Shown here piece by piece: positions 55,319 through 64,000 of a DNA stretch of 64,000 bases (position 1 is its first letter; every line of letters begins with the position of its first letter). The notes beneath the pieces are model-generated. The model was not told the origin of the DNA. It was given only the letters and a program-made list of their open reading frames with translations, and searched no databases. The DNA lies in contig JBAWZV010000002.1 in the NCBI GenBank assembly GCA_037142875.1, forward strand, positions 145,416 through 209,415, read 5' to 3'. Made by a program: the position numbers and the translations under genes. Source of the DNA: Actinomycetes bacterium. GTDB lineage: Bacteria; Actinomycetota; Thermoleophilia; Gaiellales; Gaiellaceae.

Positions 55319-55951
55319 TCACGCGTCGAATGAGCGACCGAGCAGGCGGTAGCCGATCCCCCAGTGGTTCTCGACCAGATCGACATCGCCGGCAACAGCG
55401 ACGAGCTTCCGGCGCAGGCGTGAGGCGTGCGCGTGGAGCGTCCGGGTGCGCATCGAGGGGCTGTAGTCCCACACGTCGCGGAGGAGCTCCTTCTTCGTGA
55501 ACACCCGCTCCGGGTCCGAGGCAAGACGGACGAGCAATGCGAACTCCTTCTGCACGAGCGCGACCGGTCGCCCCGCGACCATGACGGTGCGGGCGCGCTC
55601 GTCGATCACGACAGGGCCTGCGACGATCCTGCGCCCAGACCCCGCACCGGGCCGACGGAGCACGGCGCGGATCCGTTCGACGAGCTCCTCGTAGTCGAAC
55701 GGTCGCGGCACGTAGTCGGAACACCCGAGCCGAAACGCCGCCACGCGATCGCCGACGTTCGCCTCGGCTGGCCCAAGGACGATCACCGGTGCCTCGTCGC
55801 GCCAGCGCTCCAGGCCGGCCTGATCGGAGGCGAGCACGACGTCGGGCTGGCCGCCGGGAGCCGCGAGCTCGAATCCGTCGAGCGGCAGGTGCCGCTCGAG
55901 CAACCCGCGCGTCACAGGCTCGGTGTCGGCAAGCAGCACGGTGGTCGACAT
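55319..55951 (-). CDS. OmpR/PhoB-family response regulator, atypical receiver, orphan
   Basis: 210 aa. Shortened receiver domain plus a winged-helix output (ELLRDVWDY...TRTLHAHASRLRRKL...GIGYRL). No histidine kinase adjacent. Confidence 0.8.
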   Translation of the reverse strand: MSTTVLLADTEPVTRGLLERHLPLDGFELAAPGGQPDVVLASDQAGLERWRDEAPVIVLGPAEANVGDRVAAFRLGCSDYVPRPFDYEELVERIRAVLRRPGAGSGRRIVAGPVVIDERARTVMVAGRPVALVQKEFALLVRLASDPERVFTKKELLRDVWDYSPSMRTRTLHAHASRLRRKLVAVAGDVDLVENHWGIGYRLLGRSFDA

Positions 55952-56107
55952 ACACGTGACGCTATCGAGCGATCGCCAGGCTGCCTAGATGTCCTTTCGT
56001 GCGAGTGTGTGACGGTCCTTCAACACCCGGCCCGTACAGCCGCGCGTCTTCAGGCCATGCCGCTTCGTCCGGTCGGACACACATCGAGGGCGCCGATAAG
56101 CACCGGG

Positions 56108-57745
56108 TCAGAGCCGGCCGGAGCGAATGACGCCCCAGAGGAGCCACACGCCGAGCACGCCCGACAGCAGGAACCCGAACGCGGAGACAACGTTCAGCCC
56201 GAGAACCTGGGGCCCGGTCTTCGCGAAGATGCCGATCAGGCTCGACCCGAGCAGGCCGCCCGTGACGACCATCGCGACGACGAGGCGGTTGAAGAGCACG
56301 TCGAGCTTGTGCAGGAGGTCGTCGAGGCCCTTGTGCACGAACCCGACCTCGATCTGCCCCTGCCTGACCTGCTCGAGCGTCTCGTGCACCTGGTAGGGCA
56401 GCTCCGCGGTCATCTGGGCGAGCTGCCAGACCTCGCGCTGGGCGCGCTTGGCGACCCGCGCCGGTGTGAACCGTTCGAGCATGAGTGACCGCGCGTAGGG
56501 CTGTGCGACCTCGAAGACGTTGAAGTCGGGATAGAGATCGACGCCGACCGACCCGACGGTCGCGATCGCCTTGTCAAGGAGGACAAACCGCGTCGGCAAC
56601 CGCAGGTTCATCCGGTAGATCAGCTCGAAGGCCTCGCGGATCACCTGCAACGGGTCGATCTCGCGCAGGCTCGCACCGTAGTAACGCGCGTAGACGGCGT
56701 GGAGTTCGGAGACGAACTCCTCCTCGCGATCTGCGGGATAGCGAACCCCGAGGTCGGCCAGCCGCTTCGGCAGCGCCTCGACGTTCTCACCCGCCGCATC
56801 GATGAAGAGTCGCGTCAGCTTGGAGAGGTCGCGGTCAGTGAGCTTTCCGGCGAGGCCGAAGTCGACGAGCCCGATCCGTTCCGGCGAGAGGACGAGGATG
56901 TTGGCTGGATGCGGATCGGCATGGAAGAAGCCGTGGCGGAAGATCATGGTCATCCACGCCTCCGCGACCAGGTAGGCGAGCCGACGGCGCTGTGCGAGAT
57001 CCCAGCTGTCGAGATCCAGGTCACGCACCTGGGCCCCCTGGAGCTCCTCGAGCGTCAGAACGCGGGAGCGCGTGTAGCTCCAGTACGTGCGCGGCACGGT
57101 GACGTGCGGGTGCCCGGCAAAGTTCGCGTGAAACGCCTGGGCGTTGCGTCCCTCCTGCCGGTAGTCGAGCTCCTGGCGGATCGACCGCGCGAACTCGTCG
57201 ACGATCTCGCGTGTGTCGATGAAGTCGAGAGCGTGCACCCTCTCGCTCACGAGACGCGCGACCTGCTGGAGCAGCTGGATGTCGCTCTCGATCTGACGGG
57301 GCGCGTTCGGCCGCTGCACCTTGACGACGACGTGGCGGCCATTTGGCAGAACGGCCTTGTGAACCTGTCCGATCGACGCCGCCGCGAGCGGCTGCTCGTC
57401 GAACTCGAGGAAGAGACGCTCGAGCGGCTGGCCGAGATCCTCGCGGATCACCCGTTCGATGTCGTCGAACGGGAACGGGCGAACGTCGTCCTGGAGCCCC
57501 CGGAGCTCGGCGATGATGTCGGGCGGGACGATGTCGGGCCGGATCGAGAGCAGCTGCCCGAACTTCACGAAGGTCGGTCCGAGCTCGTCCAGCATCTCTC
57601 GGAGGTGACGGCCACGCGCGGTAGGCTCGCCGTCCCCCGGTGGGCTCCGGCGACCGTCGAGCAGATAGCCGAAGCCATGACGAACGCCGACCTGAGCGAT
57701 CTCACCGAGCCGCCCGACGTTCGCTGCCTTCGACCTCGCAGTCAC
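56108..57745 (-). CDS. ubiB: ABC1/UbiB family atypical kinase
   Basis: GTG 57745 within track ORF 56108..57883. Motifs LGPTFVKFGQLLSIRPD, ASIGQVHKA and HADPHPANIL, with two C-terminal TM helices. Confidence 0.85.
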   Translation of the reverse strand: MTARSKAANVGRLGEIAQVGVRHGFGYLLDGRRSPPGDGEPTARGRHLREMLDELGPTFVKFGQLLSIRPDIVPPDIIAELRGLQDDVRPFPFDDIERVIREDLGQPLERLFLEFDEQPLAAASIGQVHKAVLPNGRHVVVKVQRPNAPRQIESDIQLLQQVARLVSERVHALDFIDTREIVDEFARSIRQELDYRQEGRNAQAFHANFAGHPHVTVPRTYWSYTRSRVLTLEELQGAQVRDLDLDSWDLAQRRRLAYLVAEAWMTMIFRHGFFHADPHPANILVLSPERIGLVDFGLAGKLTDRDLSKLTRLFIDAAGENVEALPKRLADLGVRYPADREEEFVSELHAVYARYYGASLREIDPLQVIREAFELIYRMNLRLPTRFVLLDKAIATVGSVGVDLYPDFNVFEVAQPYARSLMLERFTPARVAKRAQREVWQLAQMTAELPYQVHETLEQVRQGQIEVGFVHKGLDDLLHKLDVLFNRLVVAMVVTGGLLGSSLIGIFAKTGPQVLGLNVVSAFGFLLSGVLGVWLLWGVIRSGRL

Positions 57746-57779
57746 GAGGCAAGTGTTACACGCGCTGCGTTTTTCCTGC

Positions 57780-59669
57780 TCAGCGCGGGAAGGCGGCGGG
57801 GACACCACCGTCGACCGTGAGCACGCAGCCGGTCGTCGCCTGCGACCTCTCCGACGCGAGAAACGCGACGGCCTCCGCAACATCGTTCCCGCTGACCGCG
57901 CGCCCGAGCAGGCTCCGTGAGGCGTAGAACCGCTCGATCTCGTCCGGCTCGATGCCGTGGGCGGCGGCCCGCTGGGCGCGCAGCTCGTCCGACCAGAGCT
58001 TCGAGCCGGCGAAGATGGCGTCTGGGTTCACCGCGTTTGCCCGGATACCGTCTGCCCCGCCTTCGAGCGCAGCGATACGCATGAGCTGAACGAGCCCCGC
58101 CTTCGCGACCGAGTACGGGCCAAACCCGGCGCCCGGAGCGAACGCGTTCTTCGACGAGATGTAGACGAGGCTTCCGCCGATCCCCTGCCGCTGCAGCACC
58201 GGCCACACGCGTTTGGTCAGCAGGAAGTGCGACGTCAGGTTCACCTCGATGCTCCGCTGCCAATCGTGGTCGCCGAGCGCTGCGAGCGCACCGGTGGCGG
58301 CGATGCCGGCGTTGAAGACAACCGTGTCGAGCCCGCCGAATGCAGCAACCGCGCCTGCGATAACGCGGTCGACGAACCGAGGGTCGGTGAGGTCGCCAAC
58401 AAGCGCGACCGCATCGGCGATCCCGCTCGCGGTCTCGAGGAGTCCCTCACCATCGATGTCCGCGAGCACGAGGTGAGCCCCTCGACCTGCGAGGTCGCCT
58501 GCGACGTCCCGACCGATCCCCGACGCGGCACCGGTGACAAGTGCGATCGAGCCGGCGAGCTCGGGTGCCGGTGGCGCGGAGGCGAGCTTCGCGAGCTCGA
58601 GCGGCCACTGCTCGAAGTCGTCGATCTCCGGGTCGCTGAGCCACGACGACCCGCCGAATCGGTCGATCGTCGCCGCGGTCGTCCGGTGCGAGTGAGCCGC
58701 AAGCTCGAGCCGAACGCGGGCCGTGCGCACGTCGGCCGCGGCGACGACGCAGCCGATACCGGGGGCGAGCAGCACGCGTGGCACTGCTCCGTATGTCTGC
58801 TCGAACCTGTCCACCGCGTCCAGATCACGCAAGACGCAGGTTCTCCCGCCGATCCGCAGGATGTGGTCGGGCGTGCTGCGCGCAGCGGCGATCAGCTCGA
58901 CATCGTCCCGACCGGCGATCGTTCGCTGCCCCGCGTCGACCGCAAGCACCTGCCTGTTGCCTCGCGACAGCCGTCCGCGGAGCCGTACGAGCTCGTCCGT
59001 ATCCGTACTATCGGTCGCCGGGCTGGCGACCCCGATCTCGGAGAGTTCAACGTACTGCGTCGCGCGCGCGACGAGCTCGAGCGTGAGCTCGTAGGACTCC
59101 TCGTTGCTTGCACCCCAGGTCACGAGGCCGTGATGAGCGAGGACGACCGCCCGCGCACTCGCGAGGTCGGCCACGCGCTTGGAAAGCCCGAATCCCGGCC
59201 TGATGTAGTCGACAACGGCGACATCGTCGCCCAGCGCCTCTCGGACAGCCCGGTGCGGATCGGGGGCGTTTGCGAGCGCGCAGATCGCGTCGGCATGGAC
59301 GTGGTCGACGTTCGTCGCGGGGAGAAAGGCATGAAGCAGCGTCTCGATCGATGGCCTCGGCCCGTCGGGCTCGACCATGCAGTGCCCGAGGTAGGCAACC
59401 ATCTCCTCGTCTGTCATCTCCGCCCGCTCCCGCAGGGGCAACAGGTCGTCGAGCCAGAGCCCTGGAAAGTGGCGCCTCTCGGCCGTTGCGAGGTCGGAGC
59501 CGCTCCCCTTGATGCGCAGCACGCGACGTTCGCGTCCGAGATGATCGGCCTCGACGAGCTTCGTCGAGGTGTTCCCGCCACCGTGCAGTACGAGCGACCG
59601 GTCAGAGCCGATCAGCCGCGAACGGCTGACGAGACGATCGAGCTCGGTGTCGCCTGGGATGGCCGCCAT
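57780..59669 (-). CDS. bifunctional class II aldolase / short-chain dehydrogenase
   Basis: 629 aa. N-terminal aldolase/adducin-like half and a C-terminal SDR (VTGAASGIG, YSVAK). Confidence 0.8.
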   Translation of the reverse strand: MAAIPGDTELDRLVSRSRLIGSDRSLVLHGGGNTSTKLVEADHLGRERRVLRIKGSGSDLATAERRHFPGLWLDDLLPLRERAEMTDEEMVAYLGHCMVEPDGPRPSIETLLHAFLPATNVDHVHADAICALANAPDPHRAVREALGDDVAVVDYIRPGFGLSKRVADLASARAVVLAHHGLVTWGASNEESYELTLELVARATQYVELSEIGVASPATDSTDTDELVRLRGRLSRGNRQVLAVDAGQRTIAGRDDVELIAAARSTPDHILRIGGRTCVLRDLDAVDRFEQTYGAVPRVLLAPGIGCVVAAADVRTARVRLELAAHSHRTTAATIDRFGGSSWLSDPEIDDFEQWPLELAKLASAPPAPELAGSIALVTGAASGIGRDVAGDLAGRGAHLVLADIDGEGLLETASGIADAVALVGDLTDPRFVDRVIAGAVAAFGGLDTVVFNAGIAATGALAALGDHDWQRSIEVNLTSHFLLTKRVWPVLQRQGIGGSLVYISSKNAFAPGAGFGPYSVAKAGLVQLMRIAALEGGADGIRANAVNPDAIFAGSKLWSDELRAQRAAAHGIEPDEIERFYASRSLLGRAVSGNDVAEAVAFLASERSQATTGCVLTVDGGVPAAFPR

Positions 59670-59688
59670 ACGGCGATGCTAGTGAGCG

Positions 59689-60135
59689 CTAGGAGATGTC
59701 GCGAACGGTCGCCTGCCACGAGCCGCGCGGCGCCTGCACCGTCACGGACTCACCGATCTTTCGACCGAGGAGCGCAGAGCCGAGTGGTGAGGTCGGGGAG
59801 ACCGTTCCGGGCCCTCCCACGCCGCTCACCTCGACCTTGATGATCGTGCCTGACTCGTCCTCGACGTCCACGACCGACCCGATTCCGACCTCGTCGACGC
59901 TCTCGTGCTCGACGATCTCGGCGAGGTCGAGCCGCGCACGGAGCGTGCGGATCCGGGCCTCCAGCAGGCCCTGCTCGTTCTTGGCGGCGTGGTACTCGAA
60001 GTTCTCCGAGAGGTCACCGAACTCACGGGCCTTCTTGATCGCCGCGACGACCTCTGTGCGGCGGGGCCCTTCGAGCTCCTCGATCTCGGCGCGGAGGGCC
60101 GCGGCCTGCTCGGCAGTGAGCCGGTTGTCTACCAC
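59689..60135 (-). CDS. greA: transcription elongation factor GreA
   Basis: 148 aa with a coiled-coil N-terminus containing DLSENFEYHAAK and a C-terminal FKBP-like domain. Confidence 0.9.
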   Translation of the reverse strand: MVDNRLTAEQAAALRAEIEELEGPRRTEVVAAIKKAREFGDLSENFEYHAAKNEQGLLEARIRTLRARLDLAEIVEHESVDEVGIGSVVDVEDESGTIIKVEVSGVGGPGTVSPTSPLGSALLGRKIGESVTVQAPRGSWQATVRDIS

Positions 60136-61298
60136 TTCGATCGCCGTCCCTTGCGGGATGTGTAGACCACCCGCGCCCGTGCCATCTTCATGCCGGACTC
60201 CTCGAACTTCTCGGTGTGACCCTGAAGACGGGCGACGCGGCTGACGTCGTTCTGCTGCTCGGGAAGCACGAGCGTGATCCCGGTGCCACCGCGGCCTGCA
60301 CGGCCGGTGCGGCCGACACGGTGCGTGTACGAGCTTGCCTCCTCCGGCGGATCGAAGTTGATCACGTGCGTGATGTCGTCGACGTCGAGACCTCGAGCCG
60401 CGACATCGGTCGCGACGAGCGTTCGCACCTTGCCCGAGTCGAAGTGGGCGAGCGCCTTCTCACGCTGAGCCTGGGCCTTGTCGCCGTGGATCGCGACTGC
60501 CTCGATGTCGTGGCGGCGAAGCTTCTCGACCAGTCGGTCGGCGCCGGCCTTCGTGCGCACGAAGACGAGCGCAAGCCCTCCGTCGCTCGGCAGAAGATCG
60601 ACCAGCGTCTGCACCTTGTTCTCGGCGGTGACCGGGATGAACTGGTGGTCGACGTCGCCGCTGCGCCGCTCCTCGGGGAGGTCCGCGTCGAAGCGGGACG
60701 GGAAGCTCGTGTACTTCCGCGCCAGCTCGCCGACCTCGCCGTCGAGCGTCGCGGAGAAGAACATGGTCTGCCGGTCGGCGTGCAGCCGCCGGACGATCTT
60801 GTCGACCTGCGGCTTGAACCCCATATCGAGCATGCGGTCGGCCTCGTCGAGTACGAGGATGTCGACGTTGTCGAGCGAGAGCAGCTTGCGATCGACGAGG
60901 TCCTGAAGCCGGCCGGGCGTAGCGACGACGATGTGCGCCGCCTTCGCGTCGGCCGCCTGCTTGGGTAGCGGCACGCCGCCGTACACGGACACGACCTTGA
61001 GCTTGCGTGCCTTGCCGACCAGTTCGAGCGACTCGGTCACCTGAACGGCGAGCTCCCGTGTCGGGACGAGGATGAGGGCGGACGGCTTCGGCGAGTCGGC
61101 GTCGAGCCGCTCGACAATGGGGATCCCGAAGGCGAGCGTCTTGCCGGAGCCGGTCGGGCTCTTCGCAAGGACGTCACCGCCTCGGATCGCCTCGGGGATG
61201 GCTACGACCTGGATCGGGAACGGTGAGTCAATCCCTTGGGCCGAGAGCACGTCACACACGGCATCGGAAACGCCGAGGGCGCGGAAGTCTTGCGTCAT
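60129..61298 (-). CDS. DEAD-box ATP-dependent RNA helicase
   Basis: ATG 61298 within track ORF 60129..61337. Motifs AKSPTGSGKTLAF, VLDEAD, SAT and HRVGRTGRAG. Confidence 0.9.
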   Translation of the reverse strand: MTQDFRALGVSDAVCDVLSAQGIDSPFPIQVVAIPEAIRGGDVLAKSPTGSGKTLAFGIPIVERLDADSPKPSALILVPTRELAVQVTESLELVGKARKLKVVSVYGGVPLPKQAADAKAAHIVVATPGRLQDLVDRKLLSLDNVDILVLDEADRMLDMGFKPQVDKIVRRLHADRQTMFFSATLDGEVGELARKYTSFPSRFDADLPEERRSGDVDHQFIPVTAENKVQTLVDLLPSDGGLALVFVRTKAGADRLVEKLRRHDIEAVAIHGDKAQAQREKALAHFDSGKVRTLVATDVAARGLDVDDITHVINFDPPEEASSYTHRVGRTGRAGRGGTGITLVLPEQQNDVSRVARLQGHTEKFEESGMKMARARVVYTSRKGRRSKW

Positions 61299-61437
61299 AT
61301 GGTCGAACTCCTTCTGGTCGGACGAGATCCCGTTCACCGTCTCGACGTCTGCCGAAGGAACGCGACCTCACCGGAGAGCCGCATTGCCCTCCATGACGGG
61401 CACGGTAGCAGGGGAACCGGCCGACGCAGGGATGACT

Positions 61438-61716
61438 TCAGGCGTCGTCGCGCTCGAGCAGGCGGAGCCGGTGCTCGAGCTGGGCGATCCGCAGGTCGAG
61501 CTCATCCAGGTCGTCGCGGGTCACGAGACCGAGCTCGCGGAAGAGATCCTTGAGACGCTCGCGTGTCCCCTCACCGATCCGGACGCTGTCGCCACGCCAG
61601 CGCGACGTCACCTCCTCGAGCAATGAGCGGGCCTCGTCAAGACGTGGCCCGACGACGGACGCGAGCCACTCGACCGGGTCGCGGTCGTCGCGCTGCTCGT
61701 CAGCGGGGGCGTCCAT
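61438..61716 (-). CDS. hypothetical coiled-coil protein
   Basis: ATG 61716 within track ORF 61438..61881. 92 aa with a C-terminal amphipathic helix (LGLVTRDDLDELDLRIAQLEHRLRLLE). Overlaps the secDF stop by 17 nt. Confidence 0.45.
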   Translation of the reverse strand: MDAPADEQRDDRDPVEWLASVVGPRLDEARSLLEEVTSRWRGDSVRIGEGTRERLKDLFRELGLVTRDDLDELDLRIAQLEHRLRLLERDDA

Positions 61717-64000
61717 GGGGCCTTGTCTGACGGCGTTGACGACGCCGTTCGCGCTTCGCGTCGGCCGTGATGTCCGGTGGATCGACGACGTCGTGGAGCG
61801 CCTCCTCGATCCCGTCCATCGGCGTCTTCGGCGTCGGCTCGTCCACCGCTGCCTTCTCGGCGCGGCGCAGCAGCAGCCCATGGGAGGTCGTATCTCCCGC
61901 GTCGTCCTTGCGGCGGGCGTACTCGGGGTCGCGCTCCATCAGGCCGGTCAGGAGCGGCGTGGCGATGAAGATCGTCGACACGGCGCCGATCGAGATCCCG
62001 ACCATGATCGCGAACGCGAAGTCCTTGAGCGTTGCGCCGCCGAAGGCAAAGAGCGCAACGATCGGCAGCAGGGTGATGACGGAGGTGACGATCGAGCGCC
62101 GGAGGACCTCCCACACCGAGACGTTCGCAATCGTCGCGATCGACGCGCGCGGCATCAGGCGCATGTTCTCGCGGACTCGGTCGAACACGATGATCGTGTC
62201 GTAGACCGAGTAGCCGAGAATCGTCAACATTGCGGCGACGGTCGAGGCCGTGACCTCGCGGCCCGAGATCGCGTAGACGCCGAGCGCGATCGGGATGTCG
62301 TTGAGCAACGTTCGCAGGATTGGAATTGCAAAGCGCCAGCGATACCGAAGCGTCACGTAGACCGCGATCAGCAGGAACGAGACGATGATCGCGACGATCG
62401 CGCCCTGGAGGATCTGCCGGCTGAAGCTCGCCGAGACGTTCTTCGTCCCCAGCTTGAGCGCGTGGACACGTTCGGTCAGGTCATTGGTGAGCCTGGTCTG
62501 ATCGGCGGGCGCCAGCTTCTTGAGCCGCACCTGGAAGCTCGTGTACTTGTCCGCGCCGGAGACCGTGCCGCGACCCTGGACGACGGCGTCGTTACGGCCA
62601 ATCGCCGTGGTCTGATCACGGACGAGCGTCAGCGACGTCGGCTTCGCCGTCGTGAATGCGATCTGGACGCCGCCCTTGAAGTCGATGCCGAGGTTCAGTC
62701 CCTTCACGCCGATCGCAAAGACGCTCAGCACGATCGCCGCAACCGAGAGCACGAACCAGAGGCGGCGTCTCCCGACGACGTCGATCCGCTGCCACTTCGG
62801 GATCTCCGTCGCTGTCGCCCCCATGAAGCGCGGATCAGCAAACCACTTGAACCCGGCGAGCAGCCCGAGCATCGCGCGCGTCGCGGCGACGGCAGTGACG
62901 AGCGACATCACGGTGCCGATGAGCAGCATCAGCGCGAAGCCCTTCACCTCGGCGGTCGCGACGGCAAAGAGGATCAGGGCCGTGATGCAGGTGACGACGT
63001 TGGCGTCGACGATCGTGTGGAAGCCCTTCGCGTAGCCGGCGGCGATCGCGGCGCGGACCGAGCGTCCGCCACGCACCTCTTCCTTGATGCGTTCGAACAC
63101 GACGACGTTCGCGTCCGCCGCTACGCCGATCGTGAGCACGAGACCGGCAAAGCCCGGCAGCGTCAGGGTGACGCCGAGCAGCAGGATGGCCCCGTACATG
63201 AATGCCGAGTAGATCGCGAGGCCGATGACGGCGACGAGCCCGAGGAACCGGTAGAGCAGCAGCAGGAACAGGACGACCGCGATCAGACCTCCAAGAGCGG
63301 CGTTGCGAGCCTGGCGGAGCGAGTCCTTGCCGAGCGTGGCCGAGACGTCGGAGCGCTCGACGGTGATGAACCTGACCGGCAGTGCGCCTGTCTGCAGGAC
63401 GAGTGCAAGCTTCTTCGCCTCGGAGAGCGATGCCAGCCCGGTGATCTGGGCGCCGCCGTTCGAGGGGTCGATCCCGTCCGGGTAGGTTCCGTAGTCGATC
63501 GTCGGGAACGAGTAGATCTGGTTGTCAAGCACGATCGCGAAGCTCTGGTTGGCACCGAGCCCGGCGCCACGACGTGCCTCGTCACGGGTGATCTGGTGGA
63601 AGAGCTTGTTCCCCGAGCCGGTGAACTGCATCGTCACGATCGGCGCGCTCGACGTCGGATCGAAGTCGGCGTTCGTGCCGGAGAGCTTCAGATCCTTCCC
63701 CGTCATCTGCGGATACGGGCTCTCCGTGTCGCCGCTGAAGCTGCCGTGCTTGAAGAGGTAGTAGTAGGTCGTCCCGTCGGCGGGCGCGGTGTTCAGGCCA
63801 GGACAGACGACCGCGATGGTCGAGTCGCAGGTGACCACGACAGCCTTCGCGGGGACCGAGAGCACCTGATACCCCGTTGGCCAGCCCGGCGTGGTCTTCC
63901 CCGGCCGGATGGTGACGGTCTTCGTCGTCTTCTTCTTGCCCTTGACCGTCGTCAGCTTGACGTGCTTGATCTTGATCGGGGTGAGGTGACGGGCATCCGG
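61700..64000 (-). CDS. secDF: protein translocase subunit SecDF (fused), 5' end beyond the right edge
   Basis: The frame stays open from 63865 to the window end (...KTVTIRPGKTTPGWPTGYQVLSVPAK...). SecD periplasmic domain plus two 6-TM RND-like bundles and a basic C-terminal tail. Confidence 0.9.
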   Translation of the reverse strand, partial: PDARHLTPIKIKHVKLTTVKGKKKTTKTVTIRPGKTTPGWPTGYQVLSVPAKAVVVTCDSTIAVVCPGLNTAPADGTTYYYLFKHGSFSGDTESPYPQMTGKDLKLSGTNADFDPTSSAPIVTMQFTGSGNKLFHQITRDEARRGAGLGANQSFAIVLDNQIYSFPTIDYGTYPDGIDPSNGGAQITGLASLSEAKKLALVLQTGALPVRFITVERSDVSATLGKDSLRQARNAALGGLIAVVLFLLLLYRFLGLVAVIGLAIYSAFMYGAILLLGVTLTLPGFAGLVLTIGVAADANVVVFERIKEEVRGGRSVRAAIAAGYAKGFHTIVDANVVTCITALILFAVATAEVKGFALMLLIGTVMSLVTAVAATRAMLGLLAGFKWFADPRFMGATATEIPKWQRIDVVGRRRLWFVLSVAAIVLSVFAIGVKGLNLGIDFKGGVQIAFTTAKPTSLTLVRDQTTAIGRNDAVVQGRGTVSGADKYTSFQVRLKKLAPADQTRLTNDLTERVHALKLGTKNVSASFSRQILQGAIVAIIVSFLLIAVYVTLRYRWRFAIPILRTLLNDIPIALGVYAISGREVTASTVAAMLTILGYSVYDTIIVFDRVRENMRLMPRASIATIANVSVWEVLRRSIVTSVITLLPIVALFAFGGATLKDFAFAIMVGISIGAVSTIFIATPLLTGLMERDPEYARRKDDAGDTTSHGLLLRRAEKAAVDEPTPKTPMDGIEEALHDVVDPPDITADAKRERRRQRRQTRPHGRPR

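Noticed and set aside
57957-59840. 627-aa plus-strand ORF
   Set aside because: It is antisense to the aldolase/SDR gene, which has clear TGAASGIG and YxxxK motifs.

Overview
High-GC (roughly 70%), very gene-dense chromosome segment of actinobacterial type. Synteny suggests a deep-branching Actinomycetota lineage, but this is inference only. All calls rest on motif recognition in the supplied translations and on reading the DNA; no similarity search was possible. Most of the window is core housekeeping: thiE/thiOSG, an SOS mutagenesis cassette (imuB-dnaE2) behind twin LexA boxes, and murA. It also holds the distal dcw genes pgeF-yggS-sepF-yggT-divIVA, then lspA-rluD. A long block follows: rpsB-tsf-pyrH-frr-uppS-cdsA-dxr-rseP-ispG-proS, ending with tRNA-Pro(GGG). 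Further right are a pgsA / small coiled-coil / FHA / MerR / apt operon, a group-2 sigma factor and murT-gatD. The proximal dcw cluster is mraZ-rsmH-ftsL-ftsI-(MFS)-murE-murF-mraY-murD. The right end carries ECF sigma-ogt, ubiB, greA, a DEAD-box helicase and secDF. I found no CRISPR array, integrase, transposase, prophage or recognisable defence island, and no clear undescribed multi-gene system. The points most worth a second look are listed here. (1) A 600-nt non-coding gap (38942-39545), exceptional for this genome, holds two about 99-nt direct repeats with self-complementary ends. (2) An 80-aa coiled-coil protein carries an RsiG-like c-di-GMP-binding signature and is translationally coupled to an FHA-MerR-apt operon. 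(3) The ImuB C-terminal module sits in a separate overlapping frame. (4) A degenerate imidazoleglycerol-phosphate-dehydratase-like protein is coupled to RidA. (5) An ECF sigma factor is coupled to an O6-alkylguanine methyltransferase. (6) An MFS transporter is inserted inside the dcw operon. (7) A decayed patch (40560-41588) combines gene fragments with a nuclease-less homing-endonuclease-repeat protein. Many long ORFs in the track are antisense artefacts of the high GC content.
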